This document shows, one piece after another, positions 12,079 to 29,844 of a stretch of 64,000 nt of DNA; position 1 is the first letter of the stretch; the number at the start of each line of letters is the position of its first letter. A program made the position numbers and the translations under genes. The stretch spans positions 284,208,001-284,272,000 of the forward strand of contig OZ024740.1 of NCBI GenBank assembly GCA_964016885.1, given 5' to 3'. The stretch is from Eledone cirrhosa (Eukaryota). The notes beneath the pieces are model-generated. The model did not search any database. It saw only the letters and a program-made list of their open reading frames with translations, and was not told the origin of the DNA.

Positions 12079-14084
12079 AAGAAGGTAGCTTGGAAGTGTC
12101 ACTATGAAAGGCTACTAAATGAGGAGAATAAATGGGAGAAAGACAGTCTCCCCCATATCGACCCAATAGAGGGACCAGCAGTGTTAGTCGAGGGGAGTAT
12201 AATAAGTAAGGCAATCAAGGATATGAAGACGGGTAAGGCGGCTGGGCCTTCGGAAATAGTTGCCGAGATGCTGAAGGCATCTGGTACGGTGGAACACACC
12301 ATGGTCACCCGGATAGTCAACCAAGTCATACAGAATGGGGTTGTTCCGAAGGACTGGCATAGCAGCATCATCGTTAACTGTTATAAGGGTAAAGGAGACG
12401 CCCTAGATAGGAGTAACTATAGAGGCATTAAATTAATCGACCAGGTCATGAAGGTCACGGAAAAAGTAATAGCACAACTAATCAGAGAAAGAATTGACCT
12501 AGATGAAATGCAGTTCGGGTTTGTGTCAGGCAAAAGTACCACAGACGCTCTTTTCATTGTACGACAACTACAGGAGAAGTACCTAGCTAAAGGTAAACCC
12601 CTCTACTTAGCTTTTGTCGACTTGGAGAAAGCCTTCGACAGAGTCCCCCGCTCCATTATCTGGTGGGCTCTTAAAAAACTAGGCGTTGACGAATGGCTTG
12701 TGAGAGCTATACAAGCCATGTATAAAGAAACAGTCAGCAAGGTTAGAATTAACAACGAATATAGTGAAGAGTTTAGCGTAAAAGTTGTCGTCCATCAGGG
12801 CTCTGTTCTCAGCCCCCTACTATTTATTATTGCCCTTCAGGCTATAACAGAGGAGTTCAAGACCGGCTGCCCATGGGAACTCCTATACGCAGACGACCTG
12901 ACACTCATAGCGGAATCAATGGCCGAGCTAGAGAAGAAATTCCAAACATGGAAGCACGGCCTAGAATCAAAAGGCCTTAAAATTAACCTGGCTAAGACTA
13001 AAGTTCTAGTTTGTAGGAAAGAAAATAAGGCGGCGGTCCCTTCTGGGAAATGGTCGTGCTCGGTGTGTAGGAAAGGCGTAGGTAGAAACTCCATTTTATG
13101 TCCTAAATGCAAAGTATGGGTGCATAAAAGATGTAGTGGGATCACAGGTAAGCTAACTAAGAACATAGATTTTATATGTGGCCGGTGCTCTGGTGCTATA
13201 AGTAGCAGCAAGTGCCCACAAAATACTAGCTCTTTCAATTGCGCAGAGGGTTCTATAGAAATAGTGGACAGTTTCCGTTACCTGGGTGATAAAATCAGCA
13301 GTGGGGGAGGGTGCTCTGAAAGTACAGTAGCTAGAGTCAGAACTGGTTGGAAAAAGTTCAGAGAGCTTATACCACTATTAGCTGCTAAAGGGTTCTCCCT
13401 AAAAATGAAAGGCAGGTTGTACGATGCCTGCATACGAACAGCAATGTTGCATGGCAGTGAGACCTGGGCATTGTGTGCAGAGGATATACGCAGACTAGAG
13501 AGGAATGAAGCTTGCATGCTCCGCTGGATGTGTAATAGTAATATACGTGAACGGCAAAGCATAAACGAACTAAGGAAAAAATTAGAAATAAGAGGGATCA
13601 GATGTTGTTTACTCGAGAGAAGGCTACGTTGGTATGGACACGTGATGCGCATGAAAGACGATAGCTGTATAACAAAGTGCAGGGCAATAAAGATAGACGG
13701 TAGCCACAGAATAGGCAGACCTAGAAAAACCTGGGACGAGCTGATAAACTCCGACCTCACACACTTACACCTCTCCAAGACAATGTCACTGGACCAAGAC
13801 CTTTGGCGGTACTCAGTAACAGAGAAGACCCGCCTTACCTAAATACATAGTAAAACCTACTACAGCCAGTAGGCATCTCTAACAAAATAAAAATGGTAAA
13901 AACCTCCCAGACCCACACTGTAAATGTGGTTGGTGTTAGAAAGGGCATTCAACTGTAGAAAACCTGCCAGACAGTCCTATGCGAGCAAGACAATCACTCT
14001 TGCCTCAAGTGGGACTACCCCCGTCCAAACCCATGCAACCGTGGAACACGGACGTTAAACGTTGATGACGATGATGATGATGAT
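12079..14084 (+). mobile_element. 5'-truncated RTE-clade LINE (RT ORF open to 13842, containing a PHD-like zinc finger), inserted in (TA)n
   Basis: Motifs NYRGIKL, QFGF, AFVDLEKAFDRVPR, HQGSVLSPLLF, LLYADDL, FRYLG, RRLRWYGHVMR and GRPRKTW. It ends ...ggacgttaaac(gat)n and has TA tracts on both sides. Confidence 0.95.
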
Positions 14085-14095
14085 ATATATATATA

Positions 14096-14126
<31 letters not shown>

Positions 14127-14324
14127 GTGTGTATATATATATGTGTATATATATATGTATATATATATATATATGTGTATATATATGTGTATATATATAT
14201 GTATATATACGTATATATATTTATATATATGTATAACGTATATATATGTGTATATATGTATATATATATGTGTATATATATATATGTATATATATATATG
14301 TATATATATGTATATATATATTAA

Positions 14325-14482
14325 AATAACAGATCCCATTAAGGGTGAAAGCAGCGATTCTTTGCTTTAAACTTTAATCTGTTATATTAATAAATATTTG
14401 CTCTAGGGTTCTTATATAGTTGATATATATTTATCCTTATCGAGGCCTCGTTGCATTTTAGTCTTCACATTTATTATTATTA
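14325..14482 (+). mobile_element. Penelope terminal-repeat 3' fragment
   Basis: Matches 35945-36095 (gatccc.ttaagggtgaaagcagcgattctttgc...tatccttatcgag...ttttagtcttca). Confidence 0.75.
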
Positions 14483-14926
14483 CTATATATATATATATAT
14501 ATATGGTATCTGCCAACTCGTTTTTGAGTACGGCCACTACTTTATATCCATGTAGGAGAACCCCTAACGATACGCTGAACGAGTTTGACTTTTTAGTCCA
14601 GCCAGCGACTTGAAAACTCTGATACAAACACTACACTTGTGACAATTATTGACACATAGTCCTGGACCCATGGTACCATGTGATGACAAATGCAGAGAGA
14701 TCTCCAGATATAACAGATATAAAGCAATGCCTGTGCCGTGAAGCTTTTATAGTGAGCAAAGGCACTGCACAAAGCCAGTCCCACTCTCTTAACCAAGATG
14801 ATATTTACCAAAAAGAAGAACAAGTCAACATCATTGGATACCATCAGAGTTGCAGGTGTTATATCAGAGTTTTCCTTCTCCTAGAATTCTGCCTTGACAA
14901 AGGCTAAGGGGTCATCTTTCCCGGTG

Positions 14927-14930
<4 letters not shown>

Positions 14931-14975
<45 letters not shown>

Positions 14976-14988
14976 GTATATATATATG

Positions 14989-15071
<83 letters not shown>

Positions 15072-15084
15072 GTATATATATATG

Positions 15085-15155
<71 letters not shown>

Positions 15156-15168
15156 GTATATATATATG

Positions 15169-15233
<65 letters not shown>

Positions 15234-15246
15234 GTATATATATATG

Positions 15247-15313
<67 letters not shown>

Positions 15314-15432
15314 GTATATATATATATGTATATATATATATGTATATATATATATGTATATATATATATGTATATGTATATATGTATATATATATATATG
15401 TATGTATATATATATATATATGTATATATATG

Positions 15433-15463
<31 letters not shown>

Positions 15464-15498
15464 GTATATATATATATATATGTATATATATGTATATA

Positions 15499-15538
<40 letters not shown>
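14931..15538. repeat. Degenerate (TA)n/(TATG) microsatellite
   Basis: TA run interrupted by TG. Confidence 0.97.
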
Positions 15539-15539
<1 letters not shown>

Positions 15540-15822
15540 GATATTAAATAAATGGAAACTATATTTATCAAACCATATTTATTTCATTATATATTTCAGG
15601 GATATCATATTAAAAATATGGTATGCCTTCATCAGACTACCAAATCAACTTTTTAAATGGAAGTTGAAGTTGTAAGGTATGTCAAATCTATCTATTTATA
15701 AGACTGTTTATATTGTATTTTGTCTGATGAAGGCATACCATATTTTTAATATGATATCCCTGAAATATATATAATGAAATAAATATGGTTTTATAAATAT
15801 AGTTTCCATTTATTTAATATCG

Positions 15823-15825
<3 letters not shown>
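15537..15825 (+). mobile_element. Mini Penelope-like remnant: ~100-bp inverted repeats, right arm carrying a hammerhead fold (15716-15781)
   Basis: 15537-15638 is the reverse complement of 15722-15825. Fold: tattttgt-CTGATGA-agg...cct-GAAA-tatat-ATA-atgaaata. Confidence 0.65.
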
Positions 15826-15873
<48 letters not shown>

Positions 15874-15971
15874 TTATTTAATATCGTAAATATACTCCAA
15901 ATACTTGTTGAGTGCTTTTATATCAGTTATAAATATTTACTCGTTGTAACCCAACAATTTAAATAAAACTT

Positions 15972-16900
<929 letters not shown>

Positions 16901-16901
<1 letters not shown>

Positions 16902-19900
16902 TTGGAATAAATGCTCTGAAATAGCGATATATATGTGAATATAGACATAGAATATTCGAAAATATTCTGTATGTTTATAATAAACATTTTGAAGACCTAA
17001 TCGCTATAGAATAGAATACGTCACGTATTACAATTAGATTCTCGATAAAAGCAAGGGAAGTAATCTACGCGTTTCATTCTCGTAAGAAATCATCAGGACT
17101 ACATATCCAGTGCTTTTATCGAGAATGACACAGCTAGAGACTTATAGAATACTTAGCTGTGTACAGGAACTGGTTTGAAAGAGCGGTTGCCGGTCCGGCA
17201 GAAATTAGAAATTGGAATAAATGCTCTGAAATAGCGATATATATGTGAATATAGACATAGAATATTCGAAAATATTCTGTATGTTTATAATAAACATTTT
17301 GAAGACCTAATCGCTATAGAATAGAATACGTCACGTATTACAATTAGATTCTCGATAAAAGCAAGGGAAGTAATCTACGCGTTTCATTCTCGTAAGAAAT
17401 CATCAGGACTACATATCCAGTGCTTTTATCGAGAATGACACAGCTAGAGACTTATAGAATACTTAGCTGTGTACAGGAACTGGTTTGAAAGAGCGGTTGC
17501 CGGTCCGGCAGAAATTAGAAATTGGAATAAATGCTCTGAAATAGCGATATATATGTGAATATAGACATAGAATATTCGAAAATATTCTGTATGTTTATAA
17601 TAAACATTTTGAAGACCTAATCGCTATAGAATAGAATACATCACGTATTACAATTAGATTCTCGATAAAAGCAAGGGAAGTAATCTACGCGTTTCATTCT
17701 CGTAAGAAATCATCAGGACTACATATCCAGTGCTTTTATCGAGAATGACACAGCTAGAGACTTATAGAATACTTAGCTGTGTACAGGAACTGGTTTGAAA
17801 GAGCGGTTGCCGGTCCGGCAGAAATTAGAAATTGGAATAAATGCTCTGAAATAGCGATATATATGTGAATATAGACATAGAATATTCGAAAATATTCTGT
17901 ATGTTTATAATAAACATTTTGAAGACCTAATCGCTATAGAATAGAATACGTCACGTATTACAATTAGATTCTCGATAAAAGCAAGGGAAGTAATCTACGC
18001 GTTTCATTCTCGTAAGAAATCATCAGGACTACATATCCAGTGCTTTTATCGAGAATGACACAGCTAGAGACTTATAGAATACTTAGCTGTGTACAGGAAC
18101 TGGTTTGAAAGAGCGGTTGCCGGTCCGGCAGAAATTAGAAATTGGAATAAATGCTCTGAAATAGCGATATATATGTGAATATAGACATAGAATATTCGAA
18201 AATATTCTGTATGTTTATAATAAACATTTTGAAGACCTAATCGCTATAGAATAGAATACGTCACGTATTACAATTAGATTCTCGATAAAAGCAAGGGAAG
18301 TAATCTACGCGTTTCATTCTCGTAAGAAATCATCAGGACTACATATCCAGTGCTTTTATCGAGAATGACACAGCTAGAGACTTATAGAATACTTAGCTGT
18401 GTACAGGAACTGGTTTGAAAGAGCGGTTGCCGGTCCGGCAGAAATTAGAAATTGGAATAAATGCTCTGAAATAGCGATATATATGTGAATATAGACATAG
18501 AATATTCGAAAATATTCTGTATGTTTATAATAAACATTTTGAAGACCTAATCGCTATAGAATAGAATACGTCACGTATTACAATTAGATTCTCGATAAAA
18601 GCAAGGGAAGTAATCTACGCGTTTCATTCTCGTAAGAAATCATCAGGACTACATATCCAGTGCTTTTATCGAGAATGACACAGCTAGAGACTTATAGAAT
18701 ACTTAGCTGTGTACAGGAACTGGTTTGAAAGAGCGGTTGCCGGTCCGGCAGAAATTAGAAATTGGAATAAATGCTCTGAAATAGCGATATATATGTGAAT
18801 ATAGACATAGAATATTCGAAAATATTCTGTATGTTTATAATAAACATTTTGAAGACCTAATCGCTATAGAATAGAATACGTCACGTATTACAATTAGATT
18901 CTCGATAAAAGCAAGGGAAGTAATCTACGCGTTTCATTCTCGTAAGAAATCATCAGGACTACATATCCAGTGCTTTTATCGAGAATGACACAGCTAGAGA
19001 CTTATAGAATACTTAGCTGTGTACAGGAACTGGTTTGAAAGAGCGGTTGCCGGTCCGGCAGAAATTAGAAATTGGAATAAATGCTCTGAAATAGCGATAT
19101 ATATGTGAATATAGACATAGAATATTCGAAAATATTCTGTATGTTTACAATAAACATTTTGAAGACCTAATCGCTATAGAATAGAATACGTCACGTATTA
19201 CAATTAGATTCTCGATAAAAGCAAGGGAAGTAATCTACGCGTTTCATTCTCGTAAGAAATCATCAGGACTACATATCCAGTGCTTTTATCGAGAATGACA
19301 CAGCTAGAGACTTATAGAATACTTAGCTGTGTACAGGAACTGGTTTGAAAGAGCGGTTGCCGGTCCGGCAGAAATTAGAAATTGGAATAAATGCTCTGAA
19401 ATAGCGATATATATGTGAATATAGACATAGAATATTCGAAAATATTCTGTATGTTTATAATAAACATTTTGAAGACCTAATCGCTATAGAATAGAATACG
19501 TCACGTATTACAATTAGATTCTCGATAAAAGCAAGGGAAGTAATCTACGCGTTTCATTCTCGTAAGAAATCATCAGGACTACATATCCAGTGCTTTTATC
19601 GAGAATGACACAGCTAGAGACTTATAGAATACTTAGCTGTGTACAGGAACTGGTTTGAAAGAGCGGTTGCCGGTCCGGCAGAAATTAGAAATTGGAATAA
19701 ATGCTCTGAAATAGCGATATATATGTGAATATAGACATAGAATATTCGAAAATATTCTGTATGTTTATAATAAACATTTTGAAGACCTAATCGCTATAGA
19801 ATAGAATACGTCACGTATTACAATTAGATTCTCGATAAAAGCAAGGGAAGTAATCTACGCGTTTCATTCTCGTAAGAAATCATCAGGACTACATATCCAG

Positions 19901-20107
19901 TGCTTTTATCGAGAATGACACAGCTAGAGACTTATAGAATACTTAGCTGTGTACAGGAACTGGTTTGAAAGAGCGGTTGCCGGTCCGGCAGAAATTAGAA
20001 ATTGGAATAAATGCTCTGAAATAGCGATATATATGTGAATATAGACATAGAATATTCGAAAATATTCTGTATGTTTATAATAAACATTTTGAAGACCTAA
20101 TCGCTAT
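16901..20107 (-). repeat. 310-bp tandem array, 10 full units plus a partial unit; each full unit has a minus-strand type I hammerhead ribozyme (retrozyme-like)
   Basis: attggaataaatgc recurs at 16901, 17211, 17521 ... 20001. I noticed only two substitutions (17640, 19148). The hammerhead core lies at 17060-17102 + 310n on the minus strand. Confidence 0.93.
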
Positions 20108-21048
20108 GTCTATATTCACATATATATCGCTATTTCAGAGCATTTATTCCAATTTCTAATTTCTGCCGGACCGGCAACCGCTCTTTCAAACCAGTTCCTG
20201 TACACAGCTAAGTATTCTATAAGTCTCTAGCTGTGTCATTCTCGATAAAAGCACTGGATATGTAGTCCTGATGATTTCTTACGAGAATGAAACGCGTAGA
20301 TTACTTCCCTTGCTTTTATCGAGAATCTAATTGTAATACGTGACGTATTCTATTCTATAGCGATTAGGTCTTCAAAATGTTTATTATAAACATACAGAAT
20401 ATTTTCGAATATTCTATGTCTATATTCACATATATATCGCTATTTCAGAGCATTTATTCCAATTTCTAATTTCTGCCGGACCGGCAACCGCTCTTTCAAA
20501 CCAGTTCCTGTACACAGCTAAGTATTCTATAAGTCTCTAGCTGTGTCATTCTCGATAAAAGCACTGGATATGTAGTCCTGATGATTTCTTACGAGAATGA
20601 AACGCGTAGATTACTTCCCTTGCTTTTATCGAGAATCTAATTGTAATACGTGACGTATTCTATTCTATAGCGATTAGGTCTTCAAAATGTTTATTATAAA
20701 CATACAGAATATTTTCGAATATTCTATGTCTATATTCACATATATATCGCTATTTCAGAGCATTTATTCCAATTTCTAATTTCTGCCGGACCGGCAACCG
20801 CTCTTTCAAACCAGTTCCTGTACACAGCTAAGTATTCTATAAGTCTCTAGCTGTGTCATTCTCGATAAAAGCACTGGATATGTAGTCCTGATGATTTCTT
20901 ACGAGAATGAAACGCGTAGATTACTTCCCTTGCTTTTATCGAGAATCTAATTGTAATACGTGACGTATTCTATTCTATAGCGATTAGGTCTTCAAAATGT
21001 TTATTATAAACATACAGAATATTTTCGAATATTCTATGTCTATATTCA
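20104..21048 (+). repeat. Inverted continuation of the 310-bp array (about 3 units) with plus-strand hammerheads
   Basis: Reverse complement of the unit. Hammerheads lie at 20238-20326, 20548-20636 and 20858-20946. Confidence 0.93.
20238..20326 (+). ncRNA. Type I hammerhead ribozyme (representative copy; predicted cleavage after GUA at 20298)
   Basis: attctcgataaaagca-ctggatat-gtagtc-CTGATGA-t-ttct-tacg-agaa-t-GAAA-cgc-GTA-gattac-ttccct-tgcttttatcgagaat. It has the canonical core, a 6-bp proximal and 16-bp distal helix I, and a palindromic ACGCGT helix III. Confidence 0.88.
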
Positions 21049-23511
<2,463 letters not shown>

Positions 23512-23672
23512 TACTGTAAATGTGGTTGGTGTTAGGAAGGGCATCCAACTGTACAAAACCCGCCAGACAGTCCTATGCGAGCAAGACAACCACTCTTGCC
23601 TCAAGTGGGAAAACCCCCGTCCAAACCCATGCAAGCGTGGAACACGGACGCTAACCTGATGATGATGATGAT
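23512..23672 (+). mobile_element. RTE-derived 3' fragment with (GAT)n tail inside a microsatellite
   Basis: Near-identical to 13917-14084 and to the reverse complement of 8839-9000. Confidence 0.85.
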
Positions 23673-26146
<2,474 letters not shown>

Positions 26147-26284
26147 AACCAAAGATTAATATGGTTCATTGATTACTCAATGAATATAGTTTTACAGTAG
26201 ATTAAAAGCACTCCACAATGAAGTTTTCTGGAGTTATTAATATTATTCAAAATATTAATAAATGAAGACGTTCACATAATCAAA

Positions 26285-26394
26285 ATATATATTATCCTTA
26301 TCGAGTCTCGTGAAATAAATACGTTTGCTTATATTTTGTTTTTGTGTATGCAAAAATATCTGTACACGAATATATAATTATATATATATATATC

Positions 26395-26427
<33 letters not shown>

Positions 26428-26937
26428 CAGATTAAAATTTAAGCAAAGAATCGCTGCTTTCACCCTTAACGGGATCTTCTGAAACTAAAAAAAATCAATC
26501 TGTGAACGCAGATATAAATATTTTGAAAAACGTTGCAACCGAAGGAAAACAGGAAGACGATAGTTTGGTTTATGAAGACGTTCCCTGGCATAAGAATATA
26601 TATATATATACACACACACTATATATACATATATACACACACACACTGATCGCGTCATAATGTCGTACTGCAGACAACCAGGCATACAGACAGATATTAT
26701 GAAGGTGCGACGTCATATCTATGTATCTATCTAAAAAGAGAAAGACTAAGAGAAAGAAATCGCTAAATAGCCTAATGCGGTCCCTAGGGCATTGAAAATT
26801 TGAATTTTCTTTTGCTCAGAACACTCACAGGACCATAAGTATTACATGTGTAAAGTTTGAAAAAAATCGGTTGGGCAGTTCTCGAGTTTTAGGGAAACAG
26901 ACACACAGACAGACATCCTCTGTTTTATATATATAGA
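26285..26937 (-). mobile_element. Non-autonomous Helitron-like element (3'-truncated) containing Penelope terminal-repeat pieces
   Basis: Minus-strand 5' end TCTATATATATAAAACAGAGGATGTCTGTC. The body is homologous to 27100-27698 and the CAGAAGA hammerhead lies at 26427-26503. Confidence 0.7.
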
Positions 26938-27095
26938 CTAGCAGAATGGCCCGGCGTTGCTCGGGATTTGCTCTAGGGTTCTTATATATTTGATATATAT
27001 TTATCCTTATCGAGCCTCGTGAAATAAATACGTTTGTTTTTTTATTTTGTTATTGTGTATGCAAAAATATCTGTACACGAATATATAATTATATA
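26938..27095 (-). mobile_element. 3' end of another Helitron copy joined head-to-tail to the previous one
   Basis: Minus strand ...aatcccgagcaacgccgggccattctgCTAG|TCtatat... shows a subterminal hairpin plus CTAG directly abutting the TC start. Confidence 0.72.
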
Positions 27096-27099
27096 TATA

Positions 27100-27493
27100 T
27101 CTATATATCTAAAACAGAGAATGTCTGTCTATCTGTCTGACTCCCTAAAACTCGAGAACCACCCAACCAATTGTTTTCAAACTTTACACATGTAATACTT
27201 ATAGTCCTGTGAGTGTTTCAAATGTTCAATACTCTAGGGACCGCATTAGGCGATTTAGCGATCTCTTTCTATAATTCTGTCTTTCTTTTTAAATAGATAC
27301 ATAGATATAACGTTGCGCCCTTATAATATCTGTCTGTATGTCTGGCTGTCTGCATTACGACATTATGATGCTATATGTGTGTGTATATATGTATATATAT
27401 ATAGTGTGTAACGTTTTTCGAAATATTTACTTTTAGTTTCAGAAGATCCCATTAAGGGTGAAAGCAGCGATTCTTTGCTTAAATTTTAATCTG

Positions 27494-27532
<39 letters not shown>

Positions 27533-27698
27533 TAGATAGATAGATATAATTATATATTCGTGTACACATATGTTTGCATACACAATAACAAAATATAAAC
27601 AAACGTATTTATTTCACGAGACTCGATAGGGATAAATATATATCAAATATATAAGAACCCTAGAGCAAATCCCGAGCAACGCTGGGCCATTCTGCTAG
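27100..27698 (+). mobile_element. Complete non-autonomous Helitron-like element (~600 bp)
   Basis: A|TCTATATATCTAAAACAGAG start, hairpin cccgagcaacgctggg, CTAG|T end, no TSD. It contains Penelope terminal-repeat segments at about 27408-27497 (+) and 27620-27670 (-). Confidence 0.78.
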
Positions 27699-27699
27699 T

Positions 27700-28199
27700 A
27701 TATATTAAAATAACAGATTAAAGTTTAAGCAAAGAATAGTTGCTTTCACCCTTAACGGGATCTTCTGAAACTAAAAAAAATCAATCTGTGAACGCAGAAG
27801 TAAATATTTCGAAAAACGTTACACACTATATATATATATATATATATTCATACACTATATATACATATATACACACACACACACACACACATATAGCGTC
27901 ATAATGTCGTAATGCAGACAGATATTATAAGGGCGCAACGTTATATCTATGTATCTATCTAAAAAGAAAGACTAAGAATTATAGAGAGAGATCGCTAAAT
28001 CGACTAATGCGGTCCCTAGGGCATTGAAAATTTGACATTTTTGCACAAAACACTTACACGGCCATAAGTATTACATGTGTAAAGTCTGAAAAAAATCGGT
28101 TGGGTGGTTCTGGAGTTTTAAGGAGTCAGACAGACAGACATTCTCTGTTTTAGATATATAGACTAGCAGAAAACCACCCGGTGGGCGGTTTTCTGCTAG
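27700..28199 (-). mobile_element. Further Helitron copy (5' half) abutting a CTAG-ended palindrome
   Basis: Minus 5' end TCTATATATCTAAAACAGAGAATG at 28162. The CAGAAGA hammerhead lies at 27713-27789, and ctagcagaaaacc...ggttttctgctag lies at 28163-28199. Confidence 0.68.
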
Positions 28200-28651
28200 C
28201 AAATCTAGTGTATATACTGATATTGTTGAGATTTGAATGAGAAATGTTTTCGGCACCACATGTTCACCGTCTCTCGGTGTGTCTTTTATGCATGTATAAA
28301 TATATATTTTATCTATACGGTGAAATCTTTGAAATAAATATATGTTAAAACGAAAAAGGAGAAAAAGAGATTAGTGACGGAAATATAAACGTTATGATAT
28401 AACGATGGAAATATATCTTCAAATGGTCCTTGGCATGGTGTCAAGTCAGAACCGCCTCGAACTGGTTACTTCTGGCTTGTGCAAGGTGTCTCTATAGCAA
28501 CCAGCGATTCCCTCGGCCTCAGTGACCAAAGTCAGTGGAGAGGGGAAGGTAATGTTTCTATAGCGACAGTGTTTCTCTTGGTAGTACCAAAGTGAAGAAA
28601 GGAAGGGGAAGGTAATATTTCTGTAGCACCTACATTTGAGTTTTAGGGAAG

Positions 28652-28683
<32 letters not shown>

Positions 28684-28704
28684 AACAGAGAAATGCCCAT
28701 ATAG

Positions 28705-28750
28705 TTCTGTGTGTGTATATATTACACACACAGAAATGTATATATATTTC

Positions 28751-28793
<43 letters not shown>

Positions 28794-29660
28794 CACACAC
28801 AGAAATGTATATATATTTCTGTTTGTATATATATATATTACACACACAGAAATGTATATATATTTCTGTGTGTATATATATATATTACACACACAGAAAT
28901 GTATATATATTTCTTAGAACAAAATAATTATTAATGTTTTGCTGTTCATAACAATTGGAATTGAAAAATTACTTTTGAAATTATTAGTTATTTTACTAAT
29001 GCTTAGATATGTAAAAATGAAGCAATGTTTCTAATAATTGTTTCTACTTTTGGCACAAGGCCAGCAATTACCCAGTACATTACTGGTACTTTATTTTATC
29101 GACCCCGTGAGGATGAAAGGCAAAGTTAACCTCGGCGGTATTTGAACTCAGACTGTAAAGGGACGTAACTCCATGCTATGAAGCATGGTGTCCGACTCTC
29201 TACAGATTCTGCCAATCCACCACCCTAATGTCTGTACGTAATGAGGGAGTGAGAGGGGAGAGAAAGAAAGGCAGAGGTGAAGTGACGAAGTGACTCTCTC
29301 CTCCTCCTCCTCCATCTCCCCATTCGTCACAGCGATAGAGGGGAGGAATGTTAGTGTGTTACAAAGAGAAAGAGTGAGAGAAACAGACAGACTAAAAGAG
29401 AGGGATAGCTGGAGAGAGAGAGAGATAGCAACAGATACAGTACAGTAGCTAAGGGATGTATATATATATACATTTCTGTGTGTAATACATATATATATAT
29501 ATACACACACGGAAATATATATATATTTCTGAGTGTGTGTATATATATATATATATATATATTACACACACAGAAATGTATATATATTTCTGTGTGTATA
29601 TATATATATTTCTGTGTGTGTAATATATATATATACAGAAATGTATATATGTTTCTGTAG
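28705..29660. repeat. Self-complementary minisatellite (acacacagaaatgtatatatatttctgtgtgt with TA spacers) in two blocks, 28705-28915 and 29455-29660
   Basis: Repeated acagaaat...atttctgt inverted motif. A SINE and GA-rich sequence lie between the two blocks. Confidence 0.8.
29033..29224 (-). mobile_element. tRNA-derived SINE (family A), near full length
   Basis: Reverse complement of ggtggtggattggcagaatc...gagttcaaatacc...gcctttcatcctcacggggtcgataaaa...ggccttgtgccaaaagtagaaacaattatt. Confidence 0.88.
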
Positions 29661-29844
29661 CACTCCTCAATTCCCCCCTCTCTCCCTCCCGCTATCCCCC
29701 TCTTGTAGTCTGCCTCTTTCTTTCACTTTCACTCTTTCACTCTCTCTCTACGCGTGCGCAAAAAACATTCGCACGCGCGCACGTGTTTAGCGTCTATTCA
29801 CTCTCTCTCTCTTCCTCTCTCCCTCCCGCTATCCCCCTCTCGTA

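Noticed and set aside
16901-21048. CRISPR array or protein-coding repeat
   Set aside because: The units are identical end to end with no variable spacers, there are no cas genes, the context is eukaryotic, and the unit has no ORF.
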